Assembly (NCBI GenBank): GCA_050015075.1
Contig: JBEKCB010000022.1
Coordinates: 1-64,000 of the forward strand
Reading direction: 5' to 3'
DNA length: 64,000 nucleotides
Source: Candidatus Brocadiia bacterium
Lineage (GTDB): Bacteria; Planctomycetota; Brocadiia; CAIUPP01
Position numbers and translations under genes: made by a program. The notes under the pieces are model-generated. The model did no database searches, was not told where the DNA came from, and saw only the letters and a list, made by a program, of their open reading frames with translations. This document shows, one piece after another, positions 1 to 8,570 of the stretch. Positions within the stretch are counted from its first letter, which is position 1; each line of letters begins with the position of its first letter.

Positions 1-533
1 AAGAGCCGCCGGACGAATTCCGGGTGGCTGCGGCTGAGGACGACGCGCACGCGCGTGCCGACCGCCCGGACTTCGAGCACCAGCGCGCGCAGCCGCTCGC
101 CGACGTGGTAGGTCTCGCTGAAAATCTGCTCCGAGCGCGGCAGAAAGCCCTCGGTCTTGGAGAGATTGACGACGATATTCGGTCCCTCGAAACGCTGCAC
201 GGTGCCGCCGACGACGGTGTGCACGCGGTCGGAGAAATCATGCGAGATCGCATCGCGTTCCGCCTCGCGGATCTTCTGGATCATCACCTGCTTGGCGGTC
301 TGCGCGGCAATGCGGCCGAGATCCGACGGGTCAATCTCGCGGTCGCCGTCATTCGCGGTGATCTCGCCGGTCTGGCGGTCAATGGTCACGACGAGGTTGT
401 CCGACGCGCCCAGGTGCTTCCGGGCCGCGGAGAGCAGCGCCGACTCAATCCCCTTGAACACTGACTCGCTGTCAATGTCCTTTTCGCGGTGGAGACTGTC
501 CACCAGGCGCAGGAGTTCGCTCGGGTTCATCAT
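1..533 (-). CDS. nusA: Transcription termination/antitermination factor NusA (5' part; runs off window start)
   Basis: Not in the ORF track; read manually on the minus strand: MMNPSELLRLVDSLHREKDIDSESVFKGIESALLSAARK...DLGRIAAQTAKQVMIQKIREAERD...VVLSRSHPEFVRRL, matching NusA N-terminal and S1 motifs. Confidence 0.95.
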   Translation of the reverse strand, partial: MMNPSELLRLVDSLHREKDIDSESVFKGIESALLSAARKHLGASDNLVVTIDRQTGEITANDGDREIDPSDLGRIAAQTAKQVMIQKIREAERDAISHDFSDRVHTVVGGTVQRFEGPNIVVNLSKTEGFLPRSEQIFSETYHVGERLRALVLEVRAVGTRVRVVLSRSHPEFVRRL

Positions 534-590
534 CCGCCTCAGCCTTACCGCCGGAAAGAGATCGTCCGGCTCCAGGTCGCCATTCGCGAC

Positions 591-617
591 AAAAAAGGTG
601 GGCGCATCCCCACCTTC
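591..617 (-). terminator. rimP/nusA-leader-type intrinsic terminator (attenuator) in the nusA 5' UTR
   Basis: Minus strand GAAGGTGGG-GATGCG-CCCACCTTTTTT: GGTGGG/CCCACC stem followed by a U tract, about 57 nt upstream of the nusA start. Confidence 0.75.
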
Positions 618-805
618 ACCTGCGCTTCGCGCGGCAGGGCCCGATGCGATCCGCACCCCCGCCCGTTCCGCGACGAAGCCGACATCCGCCCGCGAGAGCA
701 TAAAATGCGCCGTTGCTTGCTATTCCTCTGGCTTCCGCGCCATCGCGAAGCCACGTCAACATTGCGGTTACTAGACCCAGCGCTCGGACAACAGCCGAGA
801 GTGGC

Positions 806-834
806 ATTCTATCATCGAATCGAAAAGGTGTCAA
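806..834 (-). promoter_or_regulatory. sigma70-type promoter for nusA
   Basis: TTGACA-N17-TAGAAT on the minus strand. Confidence 0.75.
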
Positions 835-899
835 GGAGCGGTTGGATTCCGCCGCTTTCCGTGAGCCGGCGCGCGCATCGTCCGCCTGCCATCCTCCGC

Positions 900-928
900 T
901 TGCGCCTGCGCCGGGCCGGGGCTACAAT
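900..928 (+). promoter_or_regulatory. sigma70-type promoter for purD
   Basis: TTGCGC-N17-TACAAT upstream of the GGAG RBS and ATG 972. Confidence 0.55.
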
Positions 929-971
929 ACCCGCACGTTGGGATCGCCGCGCGGAACTGCCGGAGAATGGC

Positions 972-2243
972 ATGAAAATCCTCGTTGTGGGCGGCGGCGG
1001 CCGCGAACACGCGCTCGCCTGGAAAATCGCGCAGTCGCCGCTGGTGAAGAAACTCTATTGCGCGCCCGGCAACCCCGGAATCGCGCGGCACGCCGAGTGC
1101 GTCGCACTCCGCGCGGACGACCTCGTCGGCATCGTCCAGTTCGTCCGCGAGAAGGGCGTGGACCTCACCGTCGTCGGCCCCGAAGACCCGCTCTCGATGG
1201 GCATCGCCGACGAGCTGGCGCCGAAAGGGTTCAAGGTTTTCGGCCCGACGCGCGCCGCGGCCGAGCTGGAGAGCAGCAAGGTTTTCTCCAAGCGCATCAT
1301 GCAGAAGCACGGCATCCCCACGGCGGCGTTCCGCATCTTCCAGGACGCGCACGACGCGCACGACTACGTCGCCAAGGTCGCCGCGCCGCTGGTCGTCAAG
1401 GCCGACGGCCTGGCCAAGGGCAAGGGCGTGATCGTCTGCGGCAGCGCCGACGAGGCGCACGAGGCGATCCGCGACATCATGGAGCGAAAGGTTTTCGGCA
1501 AGGCCGGGGACCAGGTTGTCATCGAGGAATGCCTCCGCGGCCAGGAGGCTTCCATCCTGGCGATCAGCGACGGCCGGACGATTGTGCTGCTGGAGCCGGC
1601 GCAGGACCACAAGCGCATCGGCGACGGCGACGTCGGCCCGAACACCGGCGGCATGGGCGCCTATTCGCCGGTGCCGGTCGTCACGCCCGCGCTGCGCGAC
1701 GAAATCGAGCGCCGCGTCTTTATCCCAACGATCCACGGCATGCGCCGCGAAGGCCGCCGCTACCAGGGAATTCTCTACGCCGGAATCATGCTCACCGGCT
1801 CCGGCCCGCAGGTGCTCGAGTTCAACGTCCGCTGGGGCGATCCCGAGGCGCAGCCGATCCTGATGCGCATGAAGAGCGACCTGGCGCCCCTGCTCATGGC
1901 CGCCGCCGGCGGCACGCTCAAGGAATCGCAGCACATCGAGTGGGACGCGCGCCCCGCCGTCTGCGTGGTCATGGCCAGCGGCGGCTATCCGGGCGACTAC
2001 GAGAAGGGCAAGCCGATCAGCGGGCTCGACGAGGCGGCCAAGCTCAAGGACGTCATGATCTTCCACGCCGGCACGGCGATGAGCGAAGGCCAGGTCGTCA
2101 CCAGCGGAGGCCGGGTCCTCGGCGTGACCGCCCTGGGAAAAACCATCGCCGAAGCGCGCGAGCGCGCGTACGACGCCGTCGCCCGCATCCACTTCGACGG
2201 CGCGCAGTTCCGACGAGACATCGGGCACCGGGCGATTCGATAA
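972..2243 (+). CDS. purD: Phosphoribosylamine--glycine ligase
   Basis: MKILVVGGGGREHALAW, VVKADGLAKGKGV, QDHKRIGDGDVGPNTGGMGAYSP, EFNVRWGDPE; start trimmed to ATG 972. Confidence 0.97.
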   Translation: MKILVVGGGGREHALAWKIAQSPLVKKLYCAPGNPGIARHAECVALRADDLVGIVQFVREKGVDLTVVGPEDPLSMGIADELAPKGFKVFGPTRAAAELESSKVFSKRIMQKHGIPTAAFRIFQDAHDAHDYVAKVAAPLVVKADGLAKGKGVIVCGSADEAHEAIRDIMERKVFGKAGDQVVIEECLRGQEASILAISDGRTIVLLEPAQDHKRIGDGDVGPNTGGMGAYSPVPVVTPALRDEIERRVFIPTIHGMRREGRRYQGILYAGIMLTGSGPQVLEFNVRWGDPEAQPILMRMKSDLAPLLMAAAGGTLKESQHIEWDARPAVCVVMASGGYPGDYEKGKPISGLDEAAKLKDVMIFHAGTAMSEGQVVTSGGRVLGVTALGKTIAEARERAYDAVARIHFDGAQFRRDIGHRAIR

Positions 2244-2254
2244 CGGATCCTGGC

Positions 2255-3049
2255 ATGAAAACAACCGCCGCGACGGTTCTCATGGCGCTCTGCATTCCTG
2301 CCGCTTGCCACGCGGTGGACCTGCCGCAGACGATCCAGACGAAGGACGCTTTCACGATCAGCCTGCCCGCCGACTGGGTGGCCTTTCCGAAGGACGCCCT
2401 TGACAACTTCACCACGGCTCTCACCAAACTGGCGCCGAAGGCCGCAAGGCAAACCTACGACTACGGCTTCCAACTCCCGATGAAGAAGCACTGGTTCGAG
2501 TATCCGTACATCCTTGTCCAGGTCAAGCGCGCCGGACGTGTCTCCGACGCACAACTGAAGTCCATCAAGCGCGTTGAGCAGGACGTCAAACAGGGCGTGG
2601 ATCAAGCCCGGGATTCCTATTCATCAGTGGTCTCGAATGCGCAGGTTGGCGAGACGGTCTATGAACCGGCAACGCATATCCTGTGGATCCGAATCGCCAT
2701 GGACGTGCAGAAGGTCGGAACTATCAAAGGCGTTTCCGCTTCCGTGCTGACCGAGGAGGGCGTGATCATAATCAGCGGCTATGCCCTGGCCGCGGACTTC
2801 GACCAATACGCCCCGGTCTTCGAGGCTATCGCGCGCAGCACCGTCGTCGCCGACGACCTCAAGTACCGCCCGCATTTTACGGATTCGCTGCCGCTGAGCG
2901 GAAGGATTAACTGGGGCCTTGTCCTTCGGGCTGCCCTCATCGGCGCCATCGCCGGCTGTCTGCCGGCCGCGATCATCTTCCTATCCAAGTTGCGGCGAAA
3001 GAAGAAGACCGGCGCCGGGCCGGGGAATGGCTCAGGCTTCTCTTCCTGA
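2255..3049 (+). CDS. Hypothetical exported protein with C-terminal TM anchor
   Basis: 3' part of ORF 713..3049; signal-peptide-like MKTTAATVLMALCIPAACHA, C-terminal hydrophobic helix followed by RRKKK. Confidence 0.75.
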   Translation: MKTTAATVLMALCIPAACHAVDLPQTIQTKDAFTISLPADWVAFPKDALDNFTTALTKLAPKAARQTYDYGFQLPMKKHWFEYPYILVQVKRAGRVSDAQLKSIKRVEQDVKQGVDQARDSYSSVVSNAQVGETVYEPATHILWIRIAMDVQKVGTIKGVSASVLTEEGVIIISGYALAADFDQYAPVFEAIARSTVVADDLKYRPHFTDSLPLSGRINWGLVLRAALIGAIAGCLPAAIIFLSKLRRKKKTGAGPGNGSGFSS

Positions 3050-3856
3050 TCTCACTGAGGCCGCGCGACGAGGGACGATCCAGACGCGGCCGTCCTGGTG
3101 AACGACGCGCAGCGGCACATTGTACGCCCGCTCCAGATTCCGCTGGGTCAGCACCTTCTCCCGCCGGCCCTGCGCGATGACCTCGCCGGCTCGGAGCAGC
3201 AGCACGTGCGTGATCCCGGGGACGATCTCCTCGGGATGATGCGTGACGAGGATCTGCGGCGTGCCGGGATGCCGGTGGATTTCCTCGGTCAGCGTCCGCA
3301 GGACGATCTCGCGCGTCGCCAGGTCCAGCCCGGCGCATGGCTCGTCGAGGATCACCAGCCGGCTGCGCGTCATGTAGCAGCGCGCGATCAGGCAGATTTG
3401 CCGCTGCCCGGTGGACATCTTCGAGAACGGGACATCCGCCAGGTGCGACGCGCCCAACTCGGCAAGGATTCGCTTGGCATCGCGGATCGCCCGCGCCGAC
3501 GGCCGCTCGTACAGCCCCAGCGACGCATACCGGCCGGAGAGCGCCGTCTCGAGCCCCGTCACGCGCGGCCGGTGCTGCACCATGATGTCCGTCAACTGCG
3601 AACTCACGAACCCGATTTTCTTCCGCACGTCCGGCAGGACGATCTCGCCGATCTCACCTTCGATCAGGAACACATCACCCCGGCTCGCCGGTTCGTACCC
3701 GGTGGCGATCATCATCAGCGTGGTTTTCCCCGACCCATTCGCGCCGACCGCAGCCCAATGCTCCCCATCGCGCACCGTCCAGTCAATTCCTCTCAGAATG
3801 TGATGGTCGCCGCGACAGTAGTGGATGCCTTCAAGTTTCAGCCGAATTGCTTTCAA
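3032..3856 (-). CDS. ABC transporter ATP-binding protein (ModF/YlmA-like)
   Basis: Walker A GANGSGKT, signature MSTGQRQ, Walker B LVILDEP, H-loop VTHH; TTG start after GAGGAG. Confidence 0.88.
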   Translation of the reverse strand: MKAIRLKLEGIHYCRGDHHILRGIDWTVRDGEHWAAVGANGSGKTTLMMIATGYEPASRGDVFLIEGEIGEIVLPDVRKKIGFVSSQLTDIMVQHRPRVTGLETALSGRYASLGLYERPSARAIRDAKRILAELGASHLADVPFSKMSTGQRQICLIARCYMTRSRLVILDEPCAGLDLATREIVLRTLTEEIHRHPGTPQILVTHHPEEIVPGITHVLLLRAGEVIAQGRREKVLTQRNLERAYNVPLRVVHQDGRVWIVPRRAASVRSGREA

Positions 3857-4005
3857 CCTCTTCTCCTCATTGAAAGGCTGGCGGCCTAACACGGCCGTGC
3901 ATTGGGAGAACACATCCTGCGGTTGGGCATGGTCGCCGGACGAGCCTTGGTGGACTGGAAAAAATCCGAGCCGAAGGGCGGTTCTTTTTTGACTGGCGCT
4001 ATCTT

Positions 4006-4224
4006 TTATCTGGCGCCGTGGGTTTCTGCCTCATTGCCTTTCAGGCGTTCCGACTGCCCTTTGCGGGTGTTATTCAGCCCACGGTATACGCCGAAAAAGT
4101 CAACGCTTTTCGGCCAGAGACTCAATAAAATCAATATAACTAAAATCGTTACGGCAACGGCAATCATTAATCGGTCTTGCTCTTTCATGACCATGATCCT
4201 TAACGGCTTCTCCGGTGCCGACAT
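4006..4224 (-). CDS. Small single-TM hypothetical protein in an AT-rich insert
   Basis: 72 aa ORF with hydrophobic stretch LMIAVAVTILVILILLSLW; lower GC than flanks. Confidence 0.4.
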   Translation of the reverse strand: MSAPEKPLRIMVMKEQDRLMIAVAVTILVILILLSLWPKSVDFFGVYRGLNNTRKGQSERLKGNEAETHGAR

Positions 4225-4389
4225 GGCGGATTGTGACGACTGATGTCACCACTGTCAAGAAAGTCTTCGGCGGTCTGCTGGCCCTGGAGCGGGTTCAAAG
4301 GCGCGCCGTCTTTCTCAGAGAGCCAGGCCGCTGTGAAACGTTGCAAACCCGCGCCGGTTAGAGCTTGCCGAGAGATTGCAAATCTCGAT

Positions 4390-4521
4390 AGAGCCGTTCG
4401 GGCCGAGCACGCTCCAATGCTCGCCCGCCGCCACGCTCCACGAAATCCCCTTGAGGATATGCGCTTCGCCGCGCCGGTACTCGATGCCCTCCATGCCCAG
4501 CCGAATCGAACGCACCGGCAT
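4390..4521 (-). pseudogene. Truncated 5' fragment of an ABC ATPase paralogous to 3032..3856
   Basis: MPVRSIRLGMEGIEYRRGEAHILKGISWSVAAGEHWSVLGPNGS aligns with AIRLKLEGIHYCRGDHHILRGIDWTVRDGEHWAAVGANGS; homology stops inside Walker A. Confidence 0.8.
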
Positions 4522-4537
4522 CTCCGCCGGCGACTTT

Positions 4538-4688
4538 TCTCCACCAAGTTACCAAGAACGCCAATGGATATTGCAACCACGGAACACACGGAAGACGCTG
4601 AAGCTGTTTCGGAAAGGCATTCCGTGTGCTCAGTGTATACCGTGGTAGAAGCTGTTGTCTCTTTGTGCCTTGGTGTCTTGGTGGTAGA
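4538..4688. repeat. Nested periodic-arm palindromes from two families
   Basis: Outer arms CCACCAAGTTACCAAGAACGCCAA / CTTTGTGCCTTGGTGTCTTGGTGG; inner arms ACCACGGAACACACGGAA / TTCCGTGTGCTCAGTGTATACCGTGGT. Confidence 0.75.
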
Positions 4689-4712
4689 CGTTTACGCGTG
4701 TGAAAACCGGTT

Positions 4713-6008
4713 CTAGTGCTTGAACGCCCGCTGCCCCGTGAACACCATGGCGACTTTCGGGTTCGCCTCGTTGCACGCCTGGATGACCTCGAAATCGCGC
4801 TGCGAGCCGCCGGGCTGGACGACGGCGGTGACGCCTTCGCGGATGCCGACGTCCACGCCGTCGCGGAACGGGAAGAAGCCGTCGGACACCATCGCGCTTC
4901 CCGTCAGGCCGCCGTGCGCCGCGTTGGTCTCGTCGTCAATCGCCTCCTTCAGGTGCGCCGGGCTCTTGTGCCGCTCGACGTCCATCGCCAGCTCGTAGTA
5001 CGGCACGCCGTATTTCCGGTAGCAGAGTCCGTCCGCGTATTTCGTGTACGCCTTGTTCGCGGCGATCTGCGCGACGCCGACGCGGTCCTGCTCGCCCGTT
5101 CCGATGCCGACCGTCACGCCGTCCTTCACGTAAATCACCGAGTTGCTGCTGACGCCCTGCTCGACCTGCCAGCCAAAGAGCAGGTCCGCGAGTTCCCTCT
5201 CCGTCGGCTGCCGCTCGCAGCGGGATTCCCGGCCCTCGCGCTTCGCCGCCGCCGGAATGAAATCCGCCGCCGTCCGGATGCGGTTCAGCGGCGACTGCTG
5301 CACGATGATGCCGCCGTCCATGAGCGACTTGAAGTCCACGAAACGGACGTTGGCGTACTCGGCCAGTGCGTCCATGCGCGGCACCTGGATGATGCGCAGG
5401 TTCTTGTGTTGGGCGAGGACCTCGACGGCGCCCTTCTCGTACTCCGGCGCGGCGACCACCTCGACGTAGCTCTGGCTGATCAGTTCGGCGGTGGCCTTGT
5501 CCATCGGCCGGTTGCAGACCACCGCGCCGCCCATCGCGGCGAGCCGGTCGGCCCAGTAGGCGCGCTCGTAGGCCGCCGCGAGCGTCTCCGCCTGCGCCAC
5601 GCCGCAGGGGTTGTTGTGCTTCAGGATCGCCGCGCACGGGCGCTCCATCAGGAACTTGAGGATGTTCAACCCGTTGTCCACGTCCGTCAGGTTGATCTTG
5701 CCGGGATGCTTCCCGAACTGGAGCAGGTCCGATTCGGAGAGCGCCGAGACCAGCCCCTTGCCCGGCTCGACGAACCGGCATTGGCCGAGGACGAGGTTGC
5801 CGTTGACAAGCTCGTAGAGGGCCGCTTCCTGGCCGGGATTCTCGCCGTAACGCAGGCCCTTCTCGACGCGCTCGCCGGAATCCTCGTCGGTGATCTTCCA
5901 CGCGCGCTTGCGGTAGACGAGCGTCTGGTCGCCGAAGGAAATCTTCATCTCGGGCGGAAAATGGTCGTCCATGATCGTCCGGTACGCCGCCTTCATATCT
6001 TTAGCCAT
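4713..6008 (-). CDS. purH: AICAR transformylase (PurH family, lacking the canonical N-terminal MGS-like IMP cyclohydrolase domain)
   Basis: LRYGENPGQEAALY, ILKHNNPCGVA, SDGFFPFRDGV, VQPGGSQRD, MVFTGQRAFKH. Confidence 0.88.
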   Translation of the reverse strand: MAKDMKAAYRTIMDDHFPPEMKISFGDQTLVYRKRAWKITDEDSGERVEKGLRYGENPGQEAALYELVNGNLVLGQCRFVEPGKGLVSALSESDLLQFGKHPGKINLTDVDNGLNILKFLMERPCAAILKHNNPCGVAQAETLAAAYERAYWADRLAAMGGAVVCNRPMDKATAELISQSYVEVVAAPEYEKGAVEVLAQHKNLRIIQVPRMDALAEYANVRFVDFKSLMDGGIIVQQSPLNRIRTAADFIPAAAKREGRESRCERQPTERELADLLFGWQVEQGVSSNSVIYVKDGVTVGIGTGEQDRVGVAQIAANKAYTKYADGLCYRKYGVPYYELAMDVERHKSPAHLKEAIDDETNAAHGGLTGSAMVSDGFFPFRDGVDVGIREGVTAVVQPGGSQRDFEVIQACNEANPKVAMVFTGQRAFKH

Positions 6009-6180
6009 GGCGAAAATCTCCGAGCAGGTTATGGCGCGCGGCCGCGACTTCTTAACGAGCGGATTTTACCGTGTGCCTGCGGAATCCGCAATGATAATTC
6101 GCTCGTCACCCGTCGCCGCTTCTTTTTGCTATACTTCCTTCATCCGCGGCGCGACCTGGAGAATACGATAAGGACACCAC

Positions 6181-6726
6181 ATGCAAAGACCGGCCCTGGC
6201 GTGCTTTGCCGTTGCCTTGCTGCTTCTGATTCCGTCCTGCGCGAACCGCGCGTCCGACCGAAGCTCCGCGGACATGCAGGTCTACTTCTCTCCGCAGGGC
6301 GGATGCACGGCTGCCGTGGTCAATGCGGTGAACGGCGCAAAGGAAACCGTCCTGGTGCAAGCGTACTCTTTCAGTTCGGTCCCGATAGCCAAGGCGCTCG
6401 TGAGCGCGCACGAACGGGGCGTGAACGTCCAGGTGATCCTGGACAAGAGCGAGCGCACGGAGAAGTATTCGCGGGCGACCTTCTTCAAGAATGCCGGCGT
6501 TCCCACCTTCATTGACGACAAGCACGCCATTGCCCACAACAAGGTGATGGTCATTGACAGCCGCATTGTCATTACCGGATCGTTCAACTTCACGCGAGAG
6601 GCGGAAGAGTCCAACGCCGAGAACCTGCTGGTCATCCGGGACTCTTCAATGGCTCAGAAGTACGCCGATAACTGGCGCGAGCATCTCGCCCATTCCGTGC
6701 CGTACGATGGGCCGGCAGGCGAGTGA
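6181..6726 (+). CDS. Phospholipase D family nuclease (Nuc-like), exported, possibly a lipoprotein
   Basis: VYFSPQGG, single HKD motif HNKVMVID...ITGSFNFT...NAENLL; N-terminal signal with Cys. Confidence 0.9.
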   Translation: MQRPALACFAVALLLLIPSCANRASDRSSADMQVYFSPQGGCTAAVVNAVNGAKETVLVQAYSFSSVPIAKALVSAHERGVNVQVILDKSERTEKYSRATFFKNAGVPTFIDDKHAIAHNKVMVIDSRIVITGSFNFTREAEESNAENLLVIRDSSMAQKYADNWREHLAHSVPYDGPAGE

Positions 6727-6783
6727 GCAGTCGCCGGTCCTTTTTGATATACTCCCTTCGTTTATTGCCGCCGCAGTCGTTGC

Positions 6784-6820
6784 CGGCAATCCGTGTGATC
6801 CGTGCAATCCGTGGCAAGAA
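6784..6820. repeat. Solo arm of the 9-nt-period ATCCGTG repeat family
   Basis: CGGCAATCCGTGTGATCCGTGCAATCCGTGGCAAGAA, same family as 38140..38382. Confidence 0.75.
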
Positions 6821-6837
6821 AGAGGGAACTACGCACC

Positions 6838-8472
6838 ATGAAAGTTGCGTTGGCGCAGATCAATCCGACCGTGGGCGATTTCAGCGGGAACGCTGCGAAG
6901 ATTCTCGATGCCGCGCGGCGCGCGGCGGCGCTCGGGGCCGAACTCGCGGTCTTTCCGGAGATGTCCATCATGGGCTATCCGCCGCGCGACCTGGTCGAGC
7001 ATGCCGGGTTCGTCGCCGGCGGGCTCGACGCGCTCGACCGGCTCGCGCGCGAACTGCCGCTGCCGGCGGTCGTCGGCTTCGTCGCGCGGAACGAGACCGG
7101 CGAGGGCAAGCCGCTGCACAATTCCGCCGCGCTCATCCGCGACGGGCGCGTCGTCTCGGTGCACCACAAGTCGCTGCTCCCGACGTACGACGTGTTCGAC
7201 GAGGACCGCTACTTCGAGCCGGGCCGCCAGCCGCACGTCGCGCCGTTCGGCGGGCGCGCGCTCGGCATCACCATCTGCGAGGACTGCTGGCGGATCGAGA
7301 GCAGCCTGCGCGCGAGGTATCACTTCGACCCGGTCCCGGTGCTTCTGCGCGAAGGCGCGCAGGTCATCCTCAACCTCTCGGCCTCGCCTTTCACGCTCGG
7401 TAAGCAGGAGGTCCGGCGGAAACTGCTCGCCGACCAGGCGCGGCGGCTCAAGCTGCCGATCGTGTACGTCAATCAGGTCGGCGGAAACGACGAACTCGTC
7501 TTCGACGGCGGCAGCATGGTGGTGAACGCGCGCGGAGAACTCGTCGCGCTCGCGAAGCAGTTCGAGGAGGACCTGCTCGTCGTGGACCTAGACGCACTGC
7601 CGGCGGCGATCGCGATGCCTCCGGAGCAGCCCGCCGAGGCGGCGTTCCGCGCGCTGGCGCTCGGCACGCGCGACTACCTTCACAAATGCGGGTTCCGGTC
7701 GGCGGTGCTCGGGCTGAGCGGCGGGATTGACTCGGCACTGACCGCGGTGATCGCCGCCGAGGCGCTCGGGGCGCAGAACGTACTCGGCGTCTCGATGCCG
7801 TCGCGGTTCAGTTCCGCCGGCTCGCGCGACGACGCGAAGGCGCTCGCGGACAACCTGGGCATCCGCTACCAGACAATCCCGATCGAGCAGGTCCACCAGG
7901 CGTTCCTCGACACGCTGGCGCCCGCGTTCGCCGGCCGCCAGCCGGACATCACCGAGGAGAACGTGCAGGCGCGCATCCGCGGGACGATCCTCATGGCGCT
8001 GTCGAACAAGTTCGGCAGCATGCTGCTGACGACCGGGAACAAATCCGAACTGGCGACCGGCTACTGCACGCTCTACGGCGACATGTGCGGCGGCCTGGCG
8101 CCCATTGGCGACGTGCCGAAGATGATGGTGTACGAGATTTCGCGCTGGGTCAACCGCGAGAAGGTGATCATTCCGCTCGACAGCCTCACCAAGCCGCCGT
8201 CGGCGGAGCTGCGGCCGAACCAGACCGACCAGGACACGCTGCCGCCGTACGAGCTGGTGGATCGCGTGCTGCGCGCGTACGTCGAGGAGCAGAAGGACCC
8301 GCGCGAGGTGATCGCCTCCGGCGTGGACCGCGCCGTCGTCGAAGACGTCGTGCGGCGGATCGAAACGAGCGAATACAAGCGCCGCCAGGCCGTCCCGGTG
8401 CTGAAGATCACGTCGAAGGCTTTCGGCTACGGCCGCCAGGTCCCGATCGCCAAGCGCACGCCGAGGGCGTGA
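6838..8472 (+). CDS. nadE: Glutamine-dependent NAD+ synthetase
   Basis: Nitrilase domain (MKVALAQINPTVGD, FPEM, LLPTYDVFDEDRYF, TICED) plus synthetase domain (LGLSGGIDS, ENVQARIRG, TTGNKSE, PPSAELRPNQTD). Confidence 0.96.
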   Translation: MKVALAQINPTVGDFSGNAAKILDAARRAAALGAELAVFPEMSIMGYPPRDLVEHAGFVAGGLDALDRLARELPLPAVVGFVARNETGEGKPLHNSAALIRDGRVVSVHHKSLLPTYDVFDEDRYFEPGRQPHVAPFGGRALGITICEDCWRIESSLRARYHFDPVPVLLREGAQVILNLSASPFTLGKQEVRRKLLADQARRLKLPIVYVNQVGGNDELVFDGGSMVVNARGELVALAKQFEEDLLVVDLDALPAAIAMPPEQPAEAAFRALALGTRDYLHKCGFRSAVLGLSGGIDSALTAVIAAEALGAQNVLGVSMPSRFSSAGSRDDAKALADNLGIRYQTIPIEQVHQAFLDTLAPAFAGRQPDITEENVQARIRGTILMALSNKFGSMLLTTGNKSELATGYCTLYGDMCGGLAPIGDVPKMMVYEISRWVNREKVIIPLDSLTKPPSAELRPNQTDQDTLPPYELVDRVLRAYVEEQKDPREVIASGVDRAVVEDVVRRIETSEYKRRQAVPVLKITSKAFGYGRQVPIAKRTPRA

Positions 8473-8478
8473 ACGAAC

Positions 8479-8506
8479 TTGATTCGCCCCATCACCACGC
8501 TATACT
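8479..8506 (+). promoter_or_regulatory. sigma70-type promoter for the Nudix-nfo-lptB genes
   Basis: TTGATT-N16-TATACT. Confidence 0.55.
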
Positions 8507-8570
8507 GGATCGTTGAACTGACGTATTCTTGAATCACCAAGGCGCCAGGACACCTTCCCGAGAGGAGCAC

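Noticed and set aside
24-774. Plus-strand ORFs 24..464 and 157..774
   Set aside because: Shadow frames antisense to nusA
489-971. Long N-terminal extension of PurD, and the 778-aa ORF 713..3049 as one protein
   Set aside because: Promoter and RBS support ATG 972; the upstream part of the 778-aa ORF is an alternative frame over purD, and only 2255..3049 looks genuine
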